A DNA stretch of 43,714 nucleotides from a virus (taxonomy: Duplodnaviria > Caudoviricetes). The stretch covers positions 1 through 43,714 of the IMG/VR virus record IMGVR_UViG_3300011443_000012; one strand, given 5' to 3'. This document shows, piece after piece, positions 17,300 to 25,399 of this stretch. The notes below the pieces were generated by a model, which saw nothing but the letters and a program-made list of their open reading frames with translations, searched no databases and was not told where the DNA came from. Position 1 is the stretch's first letter; each line of letters begins with the position of its first letter. The translations under genes were made by a program, and so were the position numbers.

Positions 17300-18448
17300 A
17301 TGCCATTTTCAGGACTGAGCACGAATCGTCTGTTCATCCCCAACCTGGTCGGTGAGGACATCTCGCCGATCATCACCTCGCTCGCGCCCGTCGAAGCGCC
17401 GGTCCTCGACTGGCTCGGCGACGCGGCGGTGTTCGCGCAGCAGCCCAAGCACGAGTACGTGATGGACTTTCTGCGGCCGCACTACATCGTCGCGTCGACG
17501 GCGATCAACTCGGCGACCGCGGCGACGGCGTTCCAGACCAACGGCCTCGGCGAAGCGCTGGTCGTCGGGACTCTGCTCGAGAACGAATCGGCGGCGCCGG
17601 AAATCGTGCAGGTGACCTCCATCGTCGGCCCGAACTCGATCGTCGTGAGCCGCAACTACGACGGGTCGGGCATCGGCTCGCTCGCCGCGGGCGGGCAGCT
17701 CTACGTGCGCGGGCCGGCCGGCATCGAAGGTCAGGAGCACTCGGGGCAGCACACCGCGCGCCCGGGCGTCCGGACCGCGAACACGGTCGGGCTGTTCAAC
17801 ATCCCGATCGCGGTCTCGGGCACGCAGGATGCGATTCAGCGCCTGACGCTCGGGAACGAGTCGTTCGAAGCCGCCCGCGCGAAAATCTTCCGGCAGGTCC
17901 CCTCGGACCTCGAGAAGGAAGTGCTCCGCGGCGTGCTGAACGCGACGAACTCGCTGGGCACGTCCACAGCGAGTCGGTCGATGAAAGGCATCCGCGGCCA
18001 CATCACGACCGTCAACTCGACGATCGCCGCGGCGTCATTCAACGCGAACCCGCATCTCTACATCGGCAACGTCTGGCAGCAGGTCTACAACAACGGCGCG
18101 TCCGAGAACGAGACCTGGGGCATCGTGGCGGGCGCGACGTTCTTCCGCGACATCTCGAACATGAACGACTCGAAGGTGCAGGACACCAACGCCCGCGAGG
18201 TGTTCAAGCGGGTGATCCGGAACTACGAGGGCCCGTTCGGCCAGTGCACGGTGTTCCTCAGCCGCGTGCTGCCCGCCACGGAGCTGCTGCTCCTGCCGCG
18301 GGAACGCGTCCGGGTGCTGCCGTTGAACGGCCGGAGCTTCGGGTATCAGGAGATGGGCCTCTCGGGTGACAACCGGAAGGGCCACGTCGTCGGGGAGTAC
18401 ACCGTCGAAGTGCACCACGAAAGTGCGATGGCGCGCCTGCGCGTCTGA
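17300..18448 (+). CDS. Major capsid protein (SU10/DUF5309-like HK97 fold) with an inserted beta domain
   Basis: EDISPII....P.EAP...HEY..D; VSGTQDA; DLEKEVLRG; YEGPFG; GDNRKGHVVGEYTVEV. Confidence 0.88.
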   Translation: MPFSGLSTNRLFIPNLVGEDISPIITSLAPVEAPVLDWLGDAAVFAQQPKHEYVMDFLRPHYIVASTAINSATAATAFQTNGLGEALVVGTLLENESAAPEIVQVTSIVGPNSIVVSRNYDGSGIGSLAAGGQLYVRGPAGIEGQEHSGQHTARPGVRTANTVGLFNIPIAVSGTQDAIQRLTLGNESFEAARAKIFRQVPSDLEKEVLRGVLNATNSLGTSTASRSMKGIRGHITTVNSTIAAASFNANPHLYIGNVWQQVYNNGASENETWGIVAGATFFRDISNMNDSKVQDTNAREVFKRVIRNYEGPFGQCTVFLSRVLPATELLLLPRERVRVLPLNGRSFGYQEMGLSGDNRKGHVVGEYTVEVHHESAMARLRV

Positions 18449-18461
18449 GCGTGCGTCTGGA

Positions 18462-18487
18462 GGCGGGGGCGGGTGACCGCCCTCGCC
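18462..18487 (+). terminator. Stem-loop after the major capsid gene
   Basis: GGCGGGGGCGG-GTGA-CCGCCCTCGCC: 11-bp stem (one G-U) with a GNRA loop; U-tract is weak. Confidence 0.55.
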
Positions 18488-18504
18488 GTTCGGTGGGAGG
18501 ATCG

Positions 18505-18684
18505 ATGGATCCGGTCATTCAAGAAATACAGCGGGCTCGCGCGGGTGACATCCGTCCGGATGTCTTTCGGCGCTGGGCGCGCTATCTGCGCGAGCAGATT
18601 CAGCCGCAGCTCGACGAGCTCGCCGAGCTGAAGCAACACCCGCAGGCGGCGAAGGCGCCGTCGAAGAAAAAGGAGACCGTGTGA
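18505..18684 (+). CDS. Small hypothetical protein
   Basis: GGGAGG RBS, ATG 18505; GTGA overlap with the glycosyltransferase gene. Confidence 0.65.
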   Translation: MDPVIQEIQRARAGDIRPDVFRRWARYLREQIQPQLDELAELKQHPQAAKAPSKKKETV

Positions 18685-21600
18685 GCCCGTTGACGATTGG
18701 CTTCTTTATCGACTCTGTCGTCTTTACGCCCGGCGTGGTGTCGGGCGCGGAGTCGCTCGGCGGGTCGGAGTCCGCCTGTCTCGGTCTCGCGCGCGCGCTG
18801 AAAGCCCGCGGGCATCGCGTCTACATCTTCGCGACCAAGCTCGACCCGGCGGCCGCGAAGACCGACCATGCCGGCGTCGAGTGGCATCCGCTCGAGCACG
18901 TCGCCGTGCTGAACCAGTACATCGAGTGGGACGTGTTCGTCTCGCTGCGGATGCCGGGCTTCTTCGCCGGCCACAGCGTGAACGCGCGCCTGAAGCTCCT
19001 CTGGTCGCAGGACCTGATGACCGGCGAAGACATGAAGGCGCAGACGATGGCGGCCGCCTGGCAGGTCGACCACTACGTGTACGTGTCCGAGTTCCATCGC
19101 CGGCAGTGGGAGGCGAACGCGCCCGAGCTGGCTCCGCGCGGGTACGCCTCGCGCAACGGGTTCGACCCGGCGCTGGTGCCGGCCGATGTCACGAAGAAGC
19201 CGAATCAGATCATCCATATCAGCCGGCCCGAGCGTGGGCTGAAACCCCTCCTCGCGATCTGGCCGAAGATTCGCGCTGCCCACCCGCACGCCGAACTCGT
19301 GCTCTGCCGCTACAGCTCGATGTACGACCCGGGGGGCTGGGGCGAGATCTGCAAGCACTACGACCGTCAGGTCGACGCCGTCAACCAACAGACCGGCGGC
19401 CTCACTTTCCTCGGCGAGCTCGGCAAGCCCGCCCTCTACCAGGCGCTCGCCGAGTCGGCCGTGATGCTCTACCCCGGCGTGGCGACGTTCGCGGAAACGT
19501 CCTGCATTGCCGCGATCGAGGCGCAGGCCTGCGGGACGCCGTTCGTGGGGTCCTACAAGGGCGCGCTGCCCGAGACGGCGGCGCCGGCCTATCGACACGG
19601 GCATCTGCTCCGCGGCGATGCGGAGCGTGACGACACATACCACGCGGCCGCGGTGGCGGCCGTGGTCGCGCTCCTGGACGGCTGCGCCCGCCAGTCGAAG
19701 GACTACCGCCGGCTGCAGCTCGAGGGGCGCACGCACGTGGCGCGATATGCCTACGACGTCATCGCGGCGGAGTGGGAGACGCAGATCGAGACATGGTTCA
19801 GCGAACGGTACGAGGCGAACCGGATCCGCGTGATGCGACAGCTGCTGCACGAAGACGACCACGTCGCCGCGAAGGCCGTGGCTGAGGACATCGTCGAGTC
19901 GACCGGCCATTGCTGCGTCGATGGCGTGCTCGAGGCGCCCACGAATTCTCCAGAGCTGTTCGAGGCTGTTGGCGCGGTGAAATTCTGTGATTACGTCATC
20001 GCCGGCAAGGACCACACTGCCGAGAACTATGCGGCGCACGCGGCCGACCCGCTGATGGAGGCGGAGTACTCCGAACGCTTCAAGGCCGTGGTGCCGATGT
20101 TCAAGGACTGCACGCGCGTCCTCGACGTTGCCTGCGGCAACGGATCGTTCGCGCTGAAGCTCGCGAAGACCCATCCGACCATTCGCGTCGTCGGCCTCGA
20201 CTACGCCGAGGGCAATATCGCCGTCGCGCGCGCGGCCGCCGAGCAGCTCGGCCTGGCGGACCGCTGCACGTTCATCGCGCTACCGGTCTACGACTTCGAC
20301 ACGCAGGGCCTGACGGACGCCTGGCAGGCGTTCGCCCGAGAGAACCAAGCGGCCTACGACGGCCTCTTCGTTGGCGAGTTCATCGAACACTGCGCCGGCT
20401 ACCAGGCCGTCATCGACGGCCTCGAGGTCGCCCTGCAGCCAGACGCGCTCGCCATCTACACGTGCCCGAACGGCCCGATGGTGGAGATCATCGGACGGCA
20501 CGTCCCGATTCACCGTGGCCACGTCCACCGCTTCGCGTCCGACGACGTCGAGGCGGTGTGGGGCCCGAAGTCCGATTGGAACGCCGCGTACGTGTCAGCT
20601 GGCTACACCGTCCGCGGCAAGCCGCTCGGCAACTGGATTATCAGCTACCGGCATGAACCCGGGCGGCCCGCCGGTCAGCGGCCGCTCGAGGCCCGCATCG
20701 CCCGCACGCGGCCGCAGCAGCGGCTGTCGGTCATGCTCATCGTGAAGGATGCCGAGCAGGACCTGGCACGCTGCCTCGACAGCGTCTGGAGTATCGCGCA
20801 CGAGATCATCGTCGGCGACACCGGGTCCACCGACCACACGAAGGCGATCGCGCGGGACTACGGCGCAACGGTCCTCGACCTGGCGCCCGTCGAAGAACAG
20901 GCCGAAGGCTTCGCCGGCGCGCGCAACGCTGTCCTGGCCGCGGCGACCGGCGACTGGGTGCTGTGGATTGACGCCGACGAGATGGTGGTCGGCGCCGAGC
21001 ACGTGAGCAAGTACACCGAAACGGGCGTGTTCCAAGGCTACGTGCTGCACCAGACGCACCTCTACATGGACATGGCACCGAGCTATGACATCCCGGTGCG
21101 CCTCTTCCGCCGCGAGCCGCAGATTCGCTTCTTCGGTTGCGTGCACGAGCAGCCCGGCAACGGGGACGCGAACACGGACCTCTTCCCCGTCCTCGAGGTG
21201 ATGCACGAGCTCGCGATCGCGCACACCGGGTACCTGACCGAACTCACGCGGCGGCAGAAGATGCTGCACCGCAACCTACCGCTGCTCGTGAAGGACCGCC
21301 AGGTCTTCAAGGAGCGGACGCTCGGCATCGTGCTGGTCATCCGCGACTACGTGAACCTCGCCGACCACGACCGCGAGCAGCACGGGGGTCGCGTCGACGG
21401 GCGCGCGGTGGGCTGGTACCAGCAGGCGATCGCGCTCTTCGAGCAGCACTTCGCCGACCCGGCGCACAAGTTCCATCAGATCGCCCGGCCCTACTACGAG
21501 ACCGCCATTCGCACGCTCGGCCGCGCGTACGAGATTCAAATTGCGCTCGGCGGGCGCTACGGCGGCATGGAAAACCGGCGCGCGACTGTCGAGTCGATCT

Positions 21601-21764
21601 GGGTGCAGAACTCCGCGGAGATCCGGCGGATGCTGCTGCACAAGCTCGACAGCATCGAAACGAAGATGCACCCGCTGCCGCTGCACGTCGATCCGTTCGA
21701 GGACCTGGTCCCTGTGACCCAGCCAGTCACGACGGCGGAACCGATGGCGGAGGTGTCGGCATGA
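18681..21764 (+). CDS. Fusion of GT4 (GT-B) glycosyltransferase, class I methyltransferase and GT2 (GT-A) glycosyltransferase with helical C-terminus
   Basis: SLGGSE and ETSCIAAIEAQACG (EX7E, ~aa 272); VLDVACGNG (~aa 480); LSVMLIVKD..DTGSTD..ARN..WIDADE..VHEQ..HTGY (~aa 680-860). Confidence 0.92.
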   Translation: MSPLTIGFFIDSVVFTPGVVSGAESLGGSESACLGLARALKARGHRVYIFATKLDPAAAKTDHAGVEWHPLEHVAVLNQYIEWDVFVSLRMPGFFAGHSVNARLKLLWSQDLMTGEDMKAQTMAAAWQVDHYVYVSEFHRRQWEANAPELAPRGYASRNGFDPALVPADVTKKPNQIIHISRPERGLKPLLAIWPKIRAAHPHAELVLCRYSSMYDPGGWGEICKHYDRQVDAVNQQTGGLTFLGELGKPALYQALAESAVMLYPGVATFAETSCIAAIEAQACGTPFVGSYKGALPETAAPAYRHGHLLRGDAERDDTYHAAAVAAVVALLDGCARQSKDYRRLQLEGRTHVARYAYDVIAAEWETQIETWFSERYEANRIRVMRQLLHEDDHVAAKAVAEDIVESTGHCCVDGVLEAPTNSPELFEAVGAVKFCDYVIAGKDHTAENYAAHAADPLMEAEYSERFKAVVPMFKDCTRVLDVACGNGSFALKLAKTHPTIRVVGLDYAEGNIAVARAAAEQLGLADRCTFIALPVYDFDTQGLTDAWQAFARENQAAYDGLFVGEFIEHCAGYQAVIDGLEVALQPDALAIYTCPNGPMVEIIGRHVPIHRGHVHRFASDDVEAVWGPKSDWNAAYVSAGYTVRGKPLGNWIISYRHEPGRPAGQRPLEARIARTRPQQRLSVMLIVKDAEQDLARCLDSVWSIAHEIIVGDTGSTDHTKAIARDYGATVLDLAPVEEQAEGFAGARNAVLAAATGDWVLWIDADEMVVGAEHVSKYTETGVFQGYVLHQTHLYMDMAPSYDIPVRLFRREPQIRFFGCVHEQPGNGDANTDLFPVLEVMHELAIAHTGYLTELTRRQKMLHRNLPLLVKDRQVFKERTLGIVLVIRDYVNLADHDREQHGGRVDGRAVGWYQQAIALFEQHFADPAHKFHQIARPYYETAIRTLGRAYEIQIALGGRYGGMENRRATVESIWVQNSAEIRRMLLHKLDSIETKMHPLPLHVDPFEDLVPVTQPVTTAEPMAEVSA

Positions 21765-22615
21765 GCTGGCATCCGAGCGACCTCGTCACCAACGCCGACC
21801 TGGCCGCCTATGAGAACCAGGTGATGCAGCGGTTCGGGCAGTCGGATTGGTCGGCGAAGGTGACCAAGGCGCTCGAGGACTGGCTCTTCCCCACGCTGAA
21901 GGCGCGGGGATTCGATCCGTTCCGGTTGCGGACGCGGCTCGAGCCGGCGCTCGTGCTGACGTACACAAGCAGCGCCTTCGCCGATCGGACGGCCGACGCG
22001 CGTTCCACCGATGCCGATGATCTGAACCTCGCCACCATTCTGGCGGCGTCGACGGATTACCTCTACGTCGGGCTGACGCAGCCGTTCCGTGGCGTGCATG
22101 TCCGGATGCTCGACCAGGTCTCCTCGGCCGCGGCCGTGCTCACCGCGCAGTACTGGGCGGATGCCTGGACAGCGCTCACGGTGGCCGACGGCACCGCGAA
22201 AACCACCGGCAAGCCGTTCAGCGGGGGCGGGTCACTTACGTGGGGGGTGCCGACGGACTGGAGCGTGCGCAAGGTCAACAACAGCGCCGACCTGTACTGG
22301 GTCCGGCTATCGCTCTCGGCCGCACCCACCGGCGCGAAGGCGACGCAGCTCGGGGGCGTCCGCGCGTCGGTCTTCCGGGCGCCGGTCGCGCTGCGCACGT
22401 TGCAGCTCATCTTCCGCGAGGCGCCGACTGGGCAGGACGGGCCCTGGCTCGAGAAGGCCGAGTTCTACAAGGACGAAGCGGACGCGGCGCTCACGCGCGC
22501 GCTCGAGATTTGCGGCGGCGAGTTCGACACCGATGCGAGCGATCAGATCTCCGCCGATGAAGCCGACCAGACGCCGGAAGAAGCGGGCGGCGGCTGGCAG
22601 ATGGAGCGCGGCTGA
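21761..22615 (+). CDS. Putative head-tail adaptor with an inserted beta-sandwich domain
   Basis: Helical N- and C-terminal parts flank YLYVG...YW...W...DGT...LYWVRL; lies after the head genes. Confidence 0.55.
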   Translation: MSWHPSDLVTNADLAAYENQVMQRFGQSDWSAKVTKALEDWLFPTLKARGFDPFRLRTRLEPALVLTYTSSAFADRTADARSTDADDLNLATILAASTDYLYVGLTQPFRGVHVRMLDQVSSAAAVLTAQYWADAWTALTVADGTAKTTGKPFSGGGSLTWGVPTDWSVRKVNNSADLYWVRLSLSAAPTGAKATQLGGVRASVFRAPVALRTLQLIFREAPTGQDGPWLEKAEFYKDEADAALTRALEICGGEFDTDASDQISADEADQTPEEAGGGWQMERG

Positions 22616-22803
22616 TGGAGTTGAAGGGCGACATTCACGTGATGCCTGTCGACGATCTCTGGGAGCACGTCGACTCCGACGACTGCTGGTGTGAGCCACG
22701 CCTCGAGGGTGAGAGTCGTCCGTTTGTCGTCGTACACCACAGCGCCGATCGACGCGAGTTCTTCGAGGGGCGCATCATGCCGCTCGATGGAGTGAGCACG
22801 TAA
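22615..22803 (+). CDS. Small His/Cys-rich phage hypothetical protein
   Basis: HVMPVDD..EH....CWCEP...VVHHSAD.RE. Confidence 0.65.
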   Translation: MELKGDIHVMPVDDLWEHVDSDDCWCEPRLEGESRPFVVVHHSADRREFFEGRIMPLDGVST

Positions 22804-23097
22804 ATGCGACGCGCCTGGCGAGACTTTTGGGCGGCGTTCTGGCTGGCCTTCGAGGCCGCGCGGAACCGCGCGCCGCGGTGCACGCCCAATCCTGCACCGG
22901 CCGCCGACGTGCCGCGCGAGATCGTGTGGCCGGACTCACGCATCGTCTGCACCTTGCTGATCGACTGCGAGCTCTGCGGCGAGTCGTTCGTCCAGACGAC
23001 GGAAGGCTGGCTCCTCGACCACGCCGGCCAGCATCTCGTCTGCCCGATTTGCACGCTGCCGACGCCGCAGGTCATCTGCTATGAGGCGCGCGCCTGA
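22804..23097 (+). CDS. Small Zn-binding hypothetical protein
   Basis: CELC and CPIC; abuts both neighbours. Confidence 0.5.
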   Translation: MRRAWRDFWAAFWLAFEAARNRAPRCTPNPAPAADVPREIVWPDSRIVCTLLIDCELCGESFVQTTEGWLLDHAGQHLVCPICTLPTPQVICYEARA

Positions 23098-23528
23098 TGG
23101 CCGCGAATCGCGCCGAGCTGGTCTGGGCCCGCGTGAACTCGGTGTGCGCGAGTGCGCCGTTCGACTTCATCCAGGCGCCGTCGCCGTTTTCGTTCAGTCA
23201 GACGCCGACCGGCCTCATCGATCGGGCGTTTCGGATCGAGATGGAAGAAGCCGGGGTCATCGGCGGCCTCAGCTACACGGAAGATCGGACGGACCTCGTG
23301 CACATCTGGGTCGCGCGCGCGCTCGCGAGTGCGCCGCAGGACACCTATCGCAGCCTCCTGACGGACGCGACGTCGCTCACCGCGGCGGTCGTTCGGGACG
23401 GGGCGGAGCTCGGCGGCGACTACGACGTGCCTGATGACGGGCGCGGGAAGACCCTCGAACACGATCGAACCAACGAATTTGCGCTGCTGCGCCTCACGTT
23501 GCCCGTGAACTACGAGGCCGCGCTGTAA
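23097..23528 (+). CDS. Putative tail terminator/completion protein
   Basis: 143 aa, directly before the tail tube; C-terminal LTLPVNYE strand. Confidence 0.6.
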   Translation: MAANRAELVWARVNSVCASAPFDFIQAPSPFSFSQTPTGLIDRAFRIEMEEAGVIGGLSYTEDRTDLVHIWVARALASAPQDTYRSLLTDATSLTAAVVRDGAELGGDYDVPDDGRGKTLEHDRTNEFALLRLTLPVNYEAAL

Positions 23529-23540
23529 AGGAGTTTCATC

Positions 23541-24608
23541 ATGGCGGGAGTCACCGGCCGACAGGCCGACATCGCGTTTGCGAAATTTGCGACGAACTCG
23601 TGGGGCGTCGCGGCGAGCGTCACGAAGGGGATCTACTTTTCCAGTGATGGCGGGCTGAAGTTCTCGCCGTCGATTGTCGTTGACGACGCGTTCGGCCAGG
23701 TCTTCACCGAGCAAGCCGAGGTCGGCAACGTGCCGCCGGTCTCCCCGAACTTCGGCGGCGTCGATCGATTCGACGATTACAACTACGTCTGGGAAGCCCT
23801 CGCGATGGGCTCGCCGGCGACGGTGACGATCTCGACGTCGGCCGGCGGCCAGACGACGAGCTGGCAGCACATCATCGACCTCGCACCGAACACGGACGGC
23901 CTCGGGTTGACCGCGGCGATCGACAAGGTGGCCTACGTTGACGAACTCACCAGCGCCAAGGTCACCGGCTGGCGCGAGGAGCTCGGCGACGGCGGCATGA
24001 TGCGGCAGACCTACAAAACGATCGGGACGTACCCGACGAACATCTCGAGCACGAACACCCGCTCGACCGTGGCCGGGGCCACCTATCCCGCACTCGGCAA
24101 CCGCATCTTTGCCAAGGGCGGCACGTTCCGTATGAACCTGAATACCGCCGGCGCGCTGGGGGCCGGGGACGTCGTGAAGATCGAAAGCGTCGCCTTCGAG
24201 TGGGATCGGCCGCAGGATGCGCCGAACGTCTTCGGGCAGAACTTCGTCGACGAGCCGGCCGACAACGGGTTCCCGACGTTCCGGGTCGAAGTGTCGTACC
24301 CGCGCCTGACGGCGAACCTGGCGAATTCGCTGCATGCGGGTCTCCGGGCGGGCACCGCGTTCAAAGCCGATCTGACGTTCCTCGGGAACTTCATCAACTC
24401 GACGGACCAGTACAAGAAGCTCTACCAGTGGCCGTACCTGCAGCTCGCGCAGGATGGCTTCGAAGCACCGCTCGTCGGCGCGAACCAGGTCAAGCCGAAG
24501 GCGATCTTCGAGGCGCGCATCGCCCAGACGTCGCCGACCGGCATGGCGTTCATCAATCCGTTCCGGTTGACCCGCACGATGGTCAACTCGGTGCACGCCT
24601 TCTCGTAA
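23541..24608 (+). CDS. Major tail tube protein
   Basis: RBS AAAGGAG; 355-aa beta-rich protein followed by chaperone and tape-measure genes. Confidence 0.8.
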   Translation: MAGVTGRQADIAFAKFATNSWGVAASVTKGIYFSSDGGLKFSPSIVVDDAFGQVFTEQAEVGNVPPVSPNFGGVDRFDDYNYVWEALAMGSPATVTISTSAGGQTTSWQHIIDLAPNTDGLGLTAAIDKVAYVDELTSAKVTGWREELGDGGMMRQTYKTIGTYPTNISSTNTRSTVAGATYPALGNRIFAKGGTFRMNLNTAGALGAGDVVKIESVAFEWDRPQDAPNVFGQNFVDEPADNGFPTFRVEVSYPRLTANLANSLHAGLRAGTAFKADLTFLGNFINSTDQYKKLYQWPYLQLAQDGFEAPLVGANQVKPKAIFEARIAQTSPTGMAFINPFRLTRTMVNSVHAFS

Positions 24609-24623
24609 CCGTTCGCAGGTGGA

Positions 24624-24644
24624 GGCCCCGCCTGGTGCGGGGCC
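24624..24644 (+). terminator. Hairpin after the tail tube gene
   Basis: GGCCCCGC-ctggt-GCGGGGCC. Confidence 0.45.
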
Positions 24645-24663
24645 GTTCGACAAGGAGCCAGAC

Positions 24664-25065
24664 ATGGCGTTGGAACTGCTCGACGAAAACGATCGCATCG
24701 AAGTGAAGGACAGCGAGCTCGAAGACGTGAACGACCCGGACCAGGACGCGGCGTACACGCTGCGGCCGATTTCAACCACGAAGCAGCGGGAGATTACGAA
24801 GCGCCACACCGACCACGTGCTCAACCGACATACCGGCCGGAAAGAGCCGAAGGTAGACGGCGATAAGGTTGCGGATGATCTCCTCGACTTCGCCTTGGTG
24901 AGCTGGAGCGGCATCGTGCACAAGGGCAAGTCGTTGCCCTGCGAACGCGAGTACAAGCTCCAGCTCGATGCGGTCAGGAAGAGCGGGCTCCTGATCATCG
25001 CCGGTTTGAATCGGACGGAGCGGGAGGCCCAGGCCAAGGCCGAGTCCTTTCGTAGCCCTGCGTAG
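24664..25065 (+). CDS. Tail assembly chaperone (gpG-like)
   Basis: AAGGAG RBS before ATG 24664; LVSWSGI...LPC..E.K; lies between tube and TMP. Confidence 0.8.
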   Translation: MALELLDENDRIEVKDSELEDVNDPDQDAAYTLRPISTTKQREITKRHTDHVLNRHTGRKEPKVDGDKVADDLLDFALVSWSGIVHKGKSLPCEREYKLQLDAVRKSGLLIIAGLNRTEREAQAKAESFRSPA

Positions 25066-25390
25066 CTTTTGCGACTACTGGGTCGAGCAGCGGCCGTCCG
25101 CCGCGTGTTGTTTGTTCTGTGACGATGAGACGCTCGAGACCGATCCCGAGCAGTTCGAGTGCAGCACCTGTGAGGTGCGTCAGCAATTAGACGGGCTCAG
25201 TTCGGAGAACGCCGAGGCGTGGCAGCTCTATCAACGGCTGCTGTCGCGGTTCCTCGTCGACCTCCTGCTGGTCCCGGACATGTTTCGGCACCTGACAGCG
25301 GACTGGACACACGAACAGATCGTGGACCGGCTCGAGCGGCTGATGGTGATGTACGACATCCTCAGCCCCCCGCCGCCGAGTCCTTCCTAA
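25049..25390 (+). CDS. Tail assembly chaperone extension (gpT-like), probably reached by a +1 frameshift
   Basis: The +1 frame is open from TCC_TTT_CGT (25045-25053) to TAA 25390; CxxC...ENAEAWQLY motif; no good independent start. Confidence 0.65.
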   Translation, partial: FVALRSFCDYWVEQRPSAACCLFCDDETLETDPEQFECSTCEVRQQLDGLSSENAEAWQLYQRLLSRFLVDLLLVPDMFRHLTADWTHEQIVDRLERLMVMYDILSPPPPSPS

Positions 25391-25399
25391 ATCATTGAT

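Noticed and set aside
18681-21764. Serotype-conversion (gtr) or DNA glucosylation locus
   Set aside because: No obvious TM segments, flippase or hydroxymethylase partner, and it sits in the head operon rather than near attP; disfavoured but not formally excluded.
23079-25037. Long antisense ORFs (e.g. 23079-25037, 18600-20174, 11083-12567, 26192-27703)
   Set aside because: Shadow ORFs expected opposite real genes in high-GC DNA; no recognisable motifs.
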